Shown here: positions 1 through 10,054 of the stretch, piece after piece
Layout of the letters: every line of letters begins with the position of its first letter
How positions within the stretch are numbered: position 1 is the stretch's first letter
DNA from: an uncultured cyanobacterium
Lineage (GTDB): Bacteria > Cyanobacteriota > Cyanobacteriia > Cyanobacteriales > CAWCAG01
Assembly (NCBI GenBank): GCA_963793425.1
Contig: CAWCAG010000007.1
Span: forward strand, 800,001 to 864,000
Direction: 5' to 3'
Length of the DNA: 64,000 bases
Made by a program: the position numbers and the translations under genes
Notes under the pieces: generated by a model
What the model saw: the letters and a program-made list of their open reading frames with translations, nothing else
Database searches by the model: none
Told to the model about the DNA's origin: nothing

Positions 1-94
1 TTGGATGTAGATAACCACCTAAATAAAAAGATTGCTTTTACCTCCCTTTTTGCTTAAAATACTATTCGAGAAGAGTTTAAACTCCCATTTTCCC

Positions 95-573
95 ATGGAA
101 TACATCAACACCTCTATTGCTGCACAAATGTTGAGAGTCTCTCAAAGAAGAGTTCTCTACTTACTTCAACAACAACGCATCAAAGGCGCTTACAAAAAGC
201 GGACAGGTTGGGTGATACCTTTATATAAGGGCAAACCGAAGATTTCTCGTGGCACTAGAGGACCAAAACCTCGTTGGAGTACGACAAAGGGACGGGGGCA
301 AGAATTATTTATGTGAATAAAAACCACATCACTACCAATGCTAAGCTGGTTAAACAAGGGAGTGAAGTTCCTTTAAAAACAGTGGTAAGCGTTAAACACG
401 GTACAAACAAGACTGTTTATGGTCACGAATTAGAGATATTTGGCTATTGTCAGATCGTTTACTCCCCTGAAATGCCGAAAGATTGTGGGGCGAGTTTATG
501 GATAAAAACCTACTCAGATGTGAAGGTAGTAGATAAGTCCAATCCTGAGCAATGGTCGGTTATTCGTTGTTAG
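95..573 (+). CDS. Excisionase-like HTH DNA-binding protein fused to an uncharacterised C-terminal domain; split by a -1 frameshift at ~286-298
   Basis: N-part from ATG95 (INTSIAAQMLRVSQRRVLYLLQQQRIKGAYK..WVIP) is HTH_17-like. The overlapping ORF 274-573 (IIYVNKNHI..YGHELEI..VYSP..CGASLWIKT) resembles the C-half of a cyanobacterial HTH-fusion family I recall. Confidence 0.6.
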
Positions 574-620
574 TAATTTAGAGAAAGGGATAACCCCAAA
601 ACTGCGTAAAATCCAGTATT

Positions 621-1463
621 TCAAAGATTTTGCCTTGTAGAACTTTCGTGCCATTCCCCTAACAAAAAATCTGATAACTTGCTTAAAACCGCAAAAATAA
701 GTATACCAAGTATGGCAATCATCACCAAAGCAGCAAACATACGAGGAATTTGTAAATTGTAGCTAGCAATCAAGATTTGATAAGCAATTCCTGAATTCGC
801 GCCCCCCGTCCCTGCTACAAACTCTGCTACCACTGCCCCAATTAAAGCTAAGCCGCCGCTAATGCGTAACCCAGATAAGAAATAGGGTAAAGCACTTGGC
901 AAACGTAGATAAAGCATTGTTTGCCAAGGAGATGCTTTATAAAGTCGAAACAGATCCTTAAGGTTAGGATCAAGACTATTTAAACCAAAGGTGGTGTTAG
1001 AAATAATCGGAAAGAGGGCGACAATCCAGGCACAGAGGACTAATGCGCCGAAGGTATTATTCTTAAACCAAATGACAATTAAAGGTGCGATCGCGGCGAT
1101 CGGTGTGGTTTGTAAAGCTATGGCATAGGGATAAAGGCTTTTTTCAATCCATTTACTTTGGGCCATTAAAATTGCGAGGAATAACCCTGATATAGTTGCG
1201 ATTCCAAAGGCAGCAACGGTAATTTGTAAGGTGATTAGTAAAGCCGGAAAAAGGATAGAGAAATCTTTTACTAAAGTTTGGGCAATTAAGGAAGGAGAAG
1301 GCAAAAGATAAGGTGGGGTATTGGTGAGGCGTACTGCTATTTCCCAAACCAGTAAGACGAAAATGCCCACAGCAACGGGGGCGAGGGTATCTAGAGATAA
1401 GAGATTTTTTGGTTGCTGCTTGATCTTTTCTGCCATTTGCTGGGAAATGCCCTTAATGCTCAT
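621..1463 (-). CDS. ABC transporter permease, NitT/TauT/SsuC family
   Basis: Multiple TM helices; EAA-like loop (LFRLYKASPWQTMLYLRLPSALP). Confidence 0.9.
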   Translation of the reverse strand: MSIKGISQQMAEKIKQQPKNLLSLDTLAPVAVGIFVLLVWEIAVRLTNTPPYLLPSPSLIAQTLVKDFSILFPALLITLQITVAAFGIATISGLFLAILMAQSKWIEKSLYPYAIALQTTPIAAIAPLIVIWFKNNTFGALVLCAWIVALFPIISNTTFGLNSLDPNLKDLFRLYKASPWQTMLYLRLPSALPYFLSGLRISGGLALIGAVVAEFVAGTGGANSGIAYQILIASYNLQIPRMFAALVMIAILGILIFAVLSKLSDFLLGEWHESSTRQNL

Positions 1464-1473
1464 TAAAACAATC

Positions 1474-2223
1474 TCATCTTGTCATAGCTTGAGATAACTG
1501 CTCTGCTACTTGACGGTAATATTTGCTATATAAAGGAGAAGAACGAAACTTTTCTGTACGTGGATATGGTTGTGCAATGGGAACTTCAGCTACTACTCTA
1601 CCGGGATTAGCACCCATAACTACTACTCGATGGGAAAGGTAGACAGCTTCGTAAATGTTGTGGGTAACAAAAACTACTGTCCAATGTTTTTGCTTCCATA
1701 AAGCCAGTAAATCATTATTGAGTTGGTTACGGGTAATGTCATCCAATGCCCCAAAGGGTTCATCCATAAGCAAAACTTGAGGGTTAGTCACTAAAGCCCT
1801 AGCGATAGAAACCCGCATTTTCATCCCACCAGAGAGTTGCCGGGGATAGGAATCAGCAACCCTAGCTAATTTGACTAACTCCAGGGCTTCAGTAATAGTT
1901 GTCTCTGCTTTTCTTGGGGAAATGCCAGCTAGTTTGAGGGGCAAATAAATATTATCTTTAACGTTAGCCCAAGGCATCAAAGCGGGTTCTTGAAAAACAA
2001 AGGCAATATCTTTTTCTAAGCTGGAATCGTGCCATTGTATATTTCCTGAACTTAAGCTACTCAGTCCGGCAATGATCCTTAATACAGTACTTTTACCACA
2101 CCCAGAGGGGCCAACCAAACTAACAAATTCTGCTTCAGCAACCTGGAGGTTAAAGTCCTCTAAAGCAATAGTGCCTTTGTCAAAAACTTTATTAACGTGG
2201 GTGAGAGCAATAACATTTTTCAT
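1474..2223 (-). CDS. ABC transporter ATP-binding protein, NitT/TauT/SsuB family
   Basis: Walker A GPSGCGKS, LSGGM signature, LLMDEPFGALD. Confidence 0.92.
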   Translation of the reverse strand: MKNVIALTHVNKVFDKGTIALEDFNLQVAEAEFVSLVGPSGCGKSTVLRIIAGLSSLSSGNIQWHDSSLEKDIAFVFQEPALMPWANVKDNIYLPLKLAGISPRKAETTITEALELVKLARVADSYPRQLSGGMKMRVSIARALVTNPQVLLMDEPFGALDDITRNQLNNDLLALWKQKHWTVVFVTHNIYEAVYLSHRVVVMGANPGRVVAEVPIAQPYPRTEKFRSSPLYSKYYRQVAEQLSQAMTR

Positions 2224-2226
2224 CTG

Positions 2227-3801
2227 TTACTTGATTTGCCTCCCCAGACATTGCCCCACAGCCGTTAAAGCAGAATAACTCACCCCGGCTGTCCCTTCAC
2301 CAGGATGGGTGGAGTCTCCTACTAACCAGAGATTATTAATGGGGGTGCGGTTGGCAAAACCAAAAGGGCCGAAGGTAGAAACTCGCTGCCCAATTCCCCC
2401 GACATAACCTTGTTCACGGGCAGTGAATTTAGCAAAGGTGCGGGGGGTAGCAACTTCTCTATGAATGATAGTTTCAGGGGTGAGGTGAAAATAGGTTCCC
2501 AAACGAGCGATCGCCTCTTGAGTAAACTTTTCTTTGAGGTGTTCGTAATCCTCTTGACTACTTTGCCACCAGGGGGCTGCTTCAACAAAGGAAGAAGCAA
2601 TTATTGTCGCTTTACCTTCGTAAGCCCTACCGTCCCCTGGTTTGCTTACGGAAACGAATAAGGAATTGTTTTCGCCAATAGGGGCATCATAGTTGTAGAG
2701 AAATTGGAGATGGGGAGGACAATCAGGAGGAATGGCTTGGTGATCTACTCCTAAATAAACCACAAAAGCCCCAGAAGGGTTTGCTAGCTTGCTCACACGC
2801 TTTTGATAGTTTTTGATACCTAACAATGATGTGGGGTTTTGCCAAGCCTGAGTTAGGGAAGGTTTAGACTGTTTTTGTCGGGGAAGCAACTGCACTAAGT
2901 TATGAACCGTCACATTCGCAAAAATATCATCAGCTAATTCTGTCCGCACTTCCCCAGTTTTTTGGTTGCGTACTCTAACCCCAGTTACTCTTTGGGCTTC
3001 GGTATAAATTTCTTCTACACTATGGCGCATTAATAATTTGCCGCCATATTTTTCTAACCCATCTACTAGGCGATCGCTTAATACTTGCATACTGCCTTGG
3101 AGATGAAACAGGCCCTGGGGTTCTTGAGAAACTCCTAATGCTGTGGCAGCGTAGAGTAGGGCCGTTTCTTCGGCGTTAACTTGGGAATATAGTTTAAGTT
3201 GCAGGTCTAGAAATGTTCGCAAACGCTTATCTTCGGCAAGACCATATAAGCGTAGGGCATCCCCTACCGTCATGAAAGTAAAAGGAACAGTAATTAAGGT
3301 ATCAGGACGTAAAGCAGATAGCAACTGCCAGGTATCCCATAAATTGCGGGGAGGCAAGACGGGTTCGCGAGATTGAAACTTCCAACTAGCTTGGAAAAGC
3401 TTCCCCAATAATTGCCAAAAAGGTTCACTTTTAGGGAACTGTTCTTGTCTTTCTTTGGCCCATTTTTGCGGATCACGCCAGACATTGATTGGTTCCTTTT
3501 CTCCTGGCAAAAAGACAGCACAAGCAGGATCGCAAGGGGTGGCTGCGGGGATATCTACTTCTAAGTAATCGAAGATTTTTTTATGAATGCCCCCCGCTTC
3601 TAAACCAGCTACTTGGGTTGCCCCCACATCGAAGGTAAATCCCCTTCTTCTGAAGGTTGAAGCACAGCCTCCAGGAACTAATGCTTGGTCAAAGAGCAAA
3701 ACTTCACAACCTTGACGGGCTAATAATGCCCCGGCTGTTAAACCGCCAATCCCCGCCCCAATAACTATTATTCGCTTCCTTTTTCCTGGGCTACTTGCCA
3801 T
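2227..3801 (-). CDS. crtD: Carotenoid C-3',4' desaturase (CrtI-family FAD oxidoreductase)
   Basis: GAGIGG FAD motif, FDVGATQVAGLE, C-terminal GDSTHPGEGTAGVSYSA typical of cyanobacterial CrtD. Confidence 0.85.
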   Translation of the reverse strand: MASSPGKRKRIIVIGAGIGGLTAGALLARQGCEVLLFDQALVPGGCASTFRRRGFTFDVGATQVAGLEAGGIHKKIFDYLEVDIPAATPCDPACAVFLPGEKEPINVWRDPQKWAKERQEQFPKSEPFWQLLGKLFQASWKFQSREPVLPPRNLWDTWQLLSALRPDTLITVPFTFMTVGDALRLYGLAEDKRLRTFLDLQLKLYSQVNAEETALLYAATALGVSQEPQGLFHLQGSMQVLSDRLVDGLEKYGGKLLMRHSVEEIYTEAQRVTGVRVRNQKTGEVRTELADDIFANVTVHNLVQLLPRQKQSKPSLTQAWQNPTSLLGIKNYQKRVSKLANPSGAFVVYLGVDHQAIPPDCPPHLQFLYNYDAPIGENNSLFVSVSKPGDGRAYEGKATIIASSFVEAAPWWQSSQEDYEHLKEKFTQEAIARLGTYFHLTPETIIHREVATPRTFAKFTAREQGYVGGIGQRVSTFGPFGFANRTPINNLWLVGDSTHPGEGTAGVSYSALTAVGQCLGRQIK

Positions 3802-4018
3802 GGTTGAGGGTTAAAACTAAGAAATATTCATCTATGTATTGCAATTGTAAACTTTTGTTGTAGGTATTTGCTAATCCATAATGGTACTTGGGAAAAAATA
3901 AACTCCAAATAAAACTAATAATTGCTGAACTTAGTTGACCCTTGTATCTTAGAAGGTTAAAGGGTAAGGGGCAATCCTTAACTGAATCAAACTATCACCA
4001 ACCCTCAGCAACTAAATT

Positions 4019-7000
4019 ATGTTTGTTGACTTTTTTATCAGAAGGCCTGTATTTACCACTGTTTGCTCCTTAATTATCCTTTTGCTAGGGGCCGTTACCA
4101 TACCAACTTTACCCGTAGCCCAATATCCCGACATTAGCCCCAAACAAGTTAATGTTACAGCGAATTACAATGGTGCTGATGCCCAAACCGTAGAGAATGC
4201 TGTCACCACAATTTTAGAGCGGCAAATTAACGGTGTGGAAGGGATGCGCTACATGACTTCCAGTAGTAGCAACAACGGTAGCAGTAATATTACAATTACT
4301 TTTGAACCAGGACGAGATCAAGATATTGCTGCGGTTGATATACAAAACCGTGTCTCTGTTGCTGAACCTCAATTGCCAGAAACTGTGACCCAAACCGGGG
4401 TAACAGTAAGCAAAGAATCTAGTAATATTCTCATGGGGTTTGGACTTTATACAGATGAGGGAGAATACGATAACTTATTTTTGAGCAACTACGCCGATCT
4501 CTACATGGTAGATGCCCTGAAAAGGGTTAACGGTGTCGGTAACGTGAGGATTTTTGGGGAACGCAAATATGCCATGCGTCTTTGGTTAGATCCCCAACGC
4601 TTAGCCAGTCGTAATTTAGTAGCACAGGATGTAGTTGATGCCCTGCGAGAACAAAATATTCAAGTGGGGGCAGGAGGCATTGGGCAACAACCGGCCCCTG
4701 AAGATCAGCAGTTTCAGATTGATTTGCGGGCAGTGAGTCGCCTGACCAATGTTACTGAGTTTGAAGATATTATCCTCGAAACAGGAGAAGATGGCACTCT
4801 TATTCAACTCAAAGATGTCGGGCGGGCAGAATTAGGAGCAGAAAATTATAGTACTTTCTTGCGCTTTCGGGGCAAAGAGGCCGTAGGTTTAGGTATTTAC
4901 CAAGTTGCTGGGAGTAATGCTTTGGAAGTGGGACAGGCTGTCAAAGCCGAGATGAAACGTCTTGCTTTGGATTTTCCCCCCGGAATGCAGTATGACATTG
5001 GTTTTGATACTACTGCTTTTGTAGAAGAATCTTTAACTAGGGTCGTTTGGACTCTTGCCCAAGCGGTAGGGTTAGTGGTTTTGGTGATTTTCATCTTTTT
5101 ACAAGACTGGCGTACCACAATTATTCCTGCCATTACTATTCCGATTGCTTTAATTGGTACTTTTGCCTTCATTAAAGTTTTTAACTTCTCCATCAACAGC
5201 TTAACTTTATTCGGTCTTACCCTAGCTACAGGAATGGTGGTAGATGATGCCATTGTGGTAGTGGAGGATATTGCCAATAAAATTCAAAACCAAGGTAAGA
5301 AGCCTCGCCAAGCAGCTATGGCTTCTATGCACGAATTAGTGGGGGCAGTGATTGCAACTTCCTTGGTATTAATGGCCGTGTTTATCCCCGTTGCCTTCTT
5401 CCCTGGTACAACCGGGGCGTTATACCGCCAATTCGCCCTCACCATTGCTTTTGCTATCGCCCTTTCTACCTTCAATGCCCTGACTCTAACCCCTACCCTG
5501 GCAGGTTTGTTGTTACGGCGCAAACCCAGGAGTCGCGGCTGGCTAGGTAGAATTTTTAATCAGTTTAATCGCTTTTTGAATTGGGTAGAGAGACGCTATC
5601 GTCACATAATTGATATCCTTACCCACTTCAAAATGATTGTGGTGTTGGTCTTTGCTGGTTTTTTAGCCCTAACCGTTTGGTTTTATACCGTTGTCCCTTC
5701 TGCCTTCCTACCTGATGAAGATCAGGGTTACTTTATTACCCTTATTCAAGGGCCGGAAGGGGTTTCCCTTAATTACACTAGCGATGTAATGCGGCAAATC
5801 GAAAAAGCGATTTTACCCCTAGATGAAGTTAAGGCTACCTTTGCGGTAGGAGGTTTTGGCTTTAGTGGTAGCACTGCTAATAGCGCCATCATTTTTACAA
5901 CCTTAATACCTTGGGCAGAACGTACTAACCCGGAACAGTCGGCCCAGGCGATTATTAATCAAGTTCGGGGTTCTATTGCTAACATCACTGAAGCAAGAAT
6001 ATTACCCGTAAATCCCCCACCTATTCGCGGTTTGGGCAGTTTTGGAGGTTTCCAATTCCAACTTCAAGATCGGCGGGGTAATTCAGGCTTAGAGACTTTA
6101 ATTACTAATATGGGTAAGTTACTGGGGGCAGCGAACCAAAACCCCAATTTAGAAGCTGTTTTTAGTACCTATGCGGCTAATACTCCTCAACTAGTTATTG
6201 AAGTTAACCGCAATCTTGCTAAAGCTTTAGATGTTGATATTGACGATATCTTTAATACCCTACAAACCTATTTAGGTTCCCGCTATGTCAACGACTTCAG
6301 CTTAGATCAGCGTACCTATCGAGTTTATGTCCAAGCAGACCAACAATACCGTTCCAATCCTGAAGATATTAATCAACTCTACATCCGTTCCAATCGCGAT
6401 GAGATGATTCCTTTAGGTAATTTAGTCACTGTAACTCCGCAAACCGGGGCGCAAACTATTAATCACTACAACCTCTTCCGTTCCATAGAAATTAACGGTG
6501 GTGCGGCCCCTGGTAAAAGTTCAGGAGATGCGATCGCCGCAATGAAACAGGTTGCTACGGAGGTTTTGCCCCCCGGTTTCGGTTATGAATGGTCTGGTAC
6601 TTCCTTAGAAGAAATTGAATCCGGAGGTCAAGCCCCCATCATCTTTAGTTTAGGATTAGTATTAGTTTTTCTCGTCCTAGCGGCGCAATACGAAAGCTAT
6701 ATAGACCCGATTGTGATCATGCTATCAGTTCCCCTCGCTGTCTTAGGGGCGCTGTTAGCACAATTTCTCCGGGGAATGCCTAATGATGTTTACTGTCAAA
6801 TCGGATTGGTAATGCTGATTGGTTTAGCGAGTAAAAACGCCATCTTAATTGTGGAATTTGCTAACCAACTCAGAGAACAGGGTTTGAGTATTACCAAAGC
6901 AGCAGTAGAAGCATCCCAACAACGTCTACGCCCCATTCTCATGACCGCTATTTCCACCCTAAGTAGTATCTTCCCCTTAACTATCGCCAGCGGTGCAGGG

Positions 7001-7207
7001 GCCGCCAGCCGTCAATCCCTTGGTACAGCAGTGTTCGGTGGTATGTTCGTAGCTACTTTCTTAAGTCTGTTTGTTGTCCCCATTATTTATATCGTCATCG
7101 AATCATTTAGCGATCGCCTGTTTAATTCCCAACCCCAGCAACCAAAAGCTGCTGAAAAGAAAAAACCTGAGTCTAAGCCAGAAATGACAGGAATTTCAGG
7201 GAAGTGA
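4019..7207 (+). CDS. RND efflux transporter permease (AcrB/HAE1 family)
   Basis: 1062 aa; FIRRPVF start, GMVVDDAIVVVE, KNAILIVEFA, RLRPILMT. Confidence 0.95.
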   Translation: MFVDFFIRRPVFTTVCSLIILLLGAVTIPTLPVAQYPDISPKQVNVTANYNGADAQTVENAVTTILERQINGVEGMRYMTSSSSNNGSSNITITFEPGRDQDIAAVDIQNRVSVAEPQLPETVTQTGVTVSKESSNILMGFGLYTDEGEYDNLFLSNYADLYMVDALKRVNGVGNVRIFGERKYAMRLWLDPQRLASRNLVAQDVVDALREQNIQVGAGGIGQQPAPEDQQFQIDLRAVSRLTNVTEFEDIILETGEDGTLIQLKDVGRAELGAENYSTFLRFRGKEAVGLGIYQVAGSNALEVGQAVKAEMKRLALDFPPGMQYDIGFDTTAFVEESLTRVVWTLAQAVGLVVLVIFIFLQDWRTTIIPAITIPIALIGTFAFIKVFNFSINSLTLFGLTLATGMVVDDAIVVVEDIANKIQNQGKKPRQAAMASMHELVGAVIATSLVLMAVFIPVAFFPGTTGALYRQFALTIAFAIALSTFNALTLTPTLAGLLLRRKPRSRGWLGRIFNQFNRFLNWVERRYRHIIDILTHFKMIVVLVFAGFLALTVWFYTVVPSAFLPDEDQGYFITLIQGPEGVSLNYTSDVMRQIEKAILPLDEVKATFAVGGFGFSGSTANSAIIFTTLIPWAERTNPEQSAQAIINQVRGSIANITEARILPVNPPPIRGLGSFGGFQFQLQDRRGNSGLETLITNMGKLLGAANQNPNLEAVFSTYAANTPQLVIEVNRNLAKALDVDIDDIFNTLQTYLGSRYVNDFSLDQRTYRVYVQADQQYRSNPEDINQLYIRSNRDEMIPLGNLVTVTPQTGAQTINHYNLFRSIEINGGAAPGKSSGDAIAAMKQVATEVLPPGFGYEWSGTSLEEIESGGQAPIIFSLGLVLVFLVLAAQYESYIDPIVIMLSVPLAVLGALLAQFLRGMPNDVYCQIGLVMLIGLASKNAILIVEFANQLREQGLSITKAAVEASQQRLRPILMTAISTLSSIFPLTIASGAGAASRQSLGTAVFGGMFVATFLSLFVVPIIYIVIESFSDRLFNSQPQQPKAAEKKKPESKPEMTGISGK

Positions 7208-7404
7208 TTTTAGGAGATGGGGAGAGGGTTATTTTCAAACCAATAGCGAGTTTTTAAAAACCAAAGCAAGTTTTTAAAATAAAGGAGATGGGGAATTTGG
7301 AAAAATTCGCTTATTGTGGAACAAGCTTAATTTAGCAAACGTCAATAATAGGCTAGTAGCTACTGGGGCTTTCATTAAAAACATGAGAATTTGAGTGGAC
7401 TTAC

Positions 7405-7505
7405 TATAGCCTTTCTCGGACTGATGAGGTAGATTTACTATTTCTACTAGCCACTAGCTACTAGCTATTAGCAAATTTACCTCAAGCTTACTAAAAATCG
7501 CTATA
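7405..7505. repeat. MITE-like imperfect inverted-repeat element enclosing a short tandem tract
   Basis: TATAGC..TGAGGTAGATTT left arm vs AAATTTACCTCA..GCTATA right arm; inner CTAGCTA-like repeats. Confidence 0.55.
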
Positions 7506-7551
7506 TGTCACTTTTGCTTTCGCCAATAAATTTTAACTTTTGAGTTGTTAT

Positions 7552-8079
7552 ATGAATAACCTAGTATTAAACCCCAAAAAAAAATCTTTCCCACCGATGA
7601 TCATAGCTGCCCTAATTGCCTTAGCTGGTATAGGAAGCACTTTTTTGGGGGCTAAGACTGCGATCGCCCAGTCTTCTCCACCAATTTTTGAGAATGTTAC
7701 TATTGCCCCAGGATTTGATCCACAAACTGTTAAAATTCGAGGCATAAGTGGTGGTCCAATATCTGCTAGTAATGTAGCTGGTAGACTAGAAACTGATACA
7801 GGGCCTTGTGTTGGGTTTGTGGATGAACAACCAGATCATACTTTAACCTTAACCCAATTCTTCAACTTCCTCAGTATCCAAGTCAAAAGTTCCGGAGATA
7901 CAACTCTCATCGTACAAGGGCCAGGAGGCAGTTGGTGTAACGATGATTCTACCGGGCAAAATCCTGGAATTTCCGGCCAGTGGTTAGAAGGCGTTTACAA
8001 AATTTGGATCGGTTCCTATAAAGATCAATCTGCCCAGGAGGTTGAGTATCATCCCTATGTTATTTATATTTCTGAGTAG
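7552..8079 (+). CDS. Exported hypothetical protein (PPC-like, WCNDD motif)
   Basis: Hydrophobic signal ending AIA-Q; DTTLIVQGPGGSWCNDD; start codon uncertain. Confidence 0.7.
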   Translation: MNNLVLNPKKKSFPPMIIAALIALAGIGSTFLGAKTAIAQSSPPIFENVTIAPGFDPQTVKIRGISGGPISASNVAGRLETDTGPCVGFVDEQPDHTLTLTQFFNFLSIQVKSSGDTTLIVQGPGGSWCNDDSTGQNPGISGQWLEGVYKIWIGSYKDQSAQEVEYHPYVIYISE

Positions 8080-8097
8080 CCATTAGCCATTAGCAAA

Positions 8098-10041
8098 TCA
8101 AACTAACTCAGCTACTGCTTGTACCACTTGAACAGGCATAATTGGTTTAGATAAGTGTAAAGTAAAGCCTGCTTTTTTGGTACGTTGCTGGTCTTCTTCC
8201 CTAGCATAGGCTGTAAGGGCGATCGCCTTTAAGGAAGGTTCGGTAGCTTCTTGACGTTGCTGTAATTGTTGCATCAAGTCATAACCATCCTCTGTCGGCA
8301 TAGCAATGTCACTAATTAAAATATCGGGACGTTGTTTGTCAAAGGCAGCTAAAGCTTTCCCTACAGAAGCAACCGCAGTTACCTGGGCCCCGCAATTTCT
8401 CAAAACTAAAGCGACTAACTCTCTACTATCGGTATCATCCTCCACTAGCAAGATTTTGATATCTTTTAGTTCAGGAAGTTGAGTTTGTACCTTGCTTTCA
8501 CTAAAACCTGTGCTGGGTTTAGATAGCTTTGTTTCTAGTATCGGTAGTTGAACTGTAAAAGTTGAGCCTCTCCCTATACCTGCACTATAAGCGAAGATTG
8601 TTCCTCCGTGCATCTCAACTAAGTAACGGACAATTGCTAAACCCAAGCCCAATCCGCCATACTGGCGCTTCGAGTCACTTTTTACCTGGCCGAAGCGATC
8701 AAAAATATAAGGGAGAAACTCTTTTTCAATGCCAATTCCCGTGTCCTTAACTTGGATTTGAGCATAATCTTTGACCTGTTCAAGGTTAATACTCACGGCT
8801 CCTCCCTCTGGAGTAAACTTAATGGCATTGTTAAGTAAATTCCAAATTACTTGTTGTAATCTATCGGGATCACCAGAAACTAAACCGACATCTTGTTCTA
8901 GGTTAGTTTGCAAATCAATTTTCTTAGCTTGGGCTGCTATACCGATAGTATCAAGGGAAGCATTGATTATGCCCTGAAGGGGCAACGGCATCACCTTTAG
9001 TTGCATTTTACCGCGAATAATCCGCGAGATATCTAGTAAGTCTTCAATTAACTGAGCTTGAGTATAGGCACTGCGTTCAATAACTTCCATTGCCCTGGTG
9101 GTATCTCCAGGACTTAGCTGATTGCCTTTGAGTAACTGCAACCACCCCAGCATACCATTAAGAGGAGTCCGCAACTCATGGGAAAGAGTGGCCAAAAATT
9201 CATCTTTGAGGCGATTGGCTAATTCAGCTTCTTCTCTGGCTTGCTTTTCCTTTTGTAGCAGTTCAGTGCGTTCTTGTTCAGCTTGTTTTTGGGCAGTTAT
9301 ATCTTCTAAGGCTCCTTCATAATATAACAGTTTGCCTTGCTGATCTTTAATTGCTCTAGCGCTATGGCGCACCCAAATTAGGCTATCATCACAACGGCGT
9401 AATTGCGCTTCGTAGTTGTTAAGCTTGCCTTGGCTATAAAGTTGAGTTTTCCAAGCATTATAGGTTTGCCTGTCAACGTGGGAGTTAATTTGTTTATTGA
9501 GCAATAACTCCTGGAGATTTTCATAACCAAGTAATTGAGTTAGGCTGCTATTCGCTTCGAGGATCTCTCCGGTGGGAGTGAGGCGATAAAGTCCTACTGG
9601 TACGCCTTCAAACAGCCGACGATAGCTTTTTTCTAATTCTTGTTTGTCTCTGCGTTCTTTTTCTCTTTCCCAAACTGAACGAACTACTTTTGCTAAACGT
9701 AGATAATGCTTAGGAGATTTGATTACATAATCATTTAAACCGCTCTTCATCGCTTCAACAGCAATTTCTTCACTACCAGTACCAGTAAACATAACTACTG
9801 GACATTGAGGCTTGTGCTTTTTAACCCCATGCAAAATGTCTAAGCCTGTTACCCATCGTAGTTGGTAGTCAGTAATGACCAGATCAAACTCTGCTTGTTC
9901 TAAGCAGGAGGTGAAAGTAGCCCCATCAAATATTTCCACTGCCTCCAAAGACCGAAACTCTCGGTTTAATTCCCGCAATGCCAATGCCCTATCGTTGGGG
10001 TTGTCATCGATTAATAATATTCGTAATTTTTCATCACTCAT
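8098..10041 (-). CDS. Hybrid sensor histidine kinase (REC-PAS-HisKA-HATPase-REC)
   Basis: N-terminal ILLIDD receiver, PAS, SHELRTPL, NAIKFT, GGLGLGL, C-terminal receiver. Confidence 0.95.
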   Translation of the reverse strand: MSDEKLRILLIDDNPNDRALALRELNREFRSLEAVEIFDGATFTSCLEQAEFDLVITDYQLRWVTGLDILHGVKKHKPQCPVVMFTGTGSEEIAVEAMKSGLNDYVIKSPKHYLRLAKVVRSVWEREKERRDKQELEKSYRRLFEGVPVGLYRLTPTGEILEANSSLTQLLGYENLQELLLNKQINSHVDRQTYNAWKTQLYSQGKLNNYEAQLRRCDDSLIWVRHSARAIKDQQGKLLYYEGALEDITAQKQAEQERTELLQKEKQAREEAELANRLKDEFLATLSHELRTPLNGMLGWLQLLKGNQLSPGDTTRAMEVIERSAYTQAQLIEDLLDISRIIRGKMQLKVMPLPLQGIINASLDTIGIAAQAKKIDLQTNLEQDVGLVSGDPDRLQQVIWNLLNNAIKFTPEGGAVSINLEQVKDYAQIQVKDTGIGIEKEFLPYIFDRFGQVKSDSKRQYGGLGLGLAIVRYLVEMHGGTIFAYSAGIGRGSTFTVQLPILETKLSKPSTGFSESKVQTQLPELKDIKILLVEDDTDSRELVALVLRNCGAQVTAVASVGKALAAFDKQRPDILISDIAMPTEDGYDLMQQLQQRQEATEPSLKAIALTAYAREEDQQRTKKAGFTLHLSKPIMPVQVVQAVAELV

Positions 10042-10054
10042 GATCTTAAAAATG

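Noticed and set aside
4616..5523. Antisense ORFs within the RND gene (and similar shadow ORFs elsewhere)
   Set aside because: They lie opposite well-supported genes and carry no motifs.
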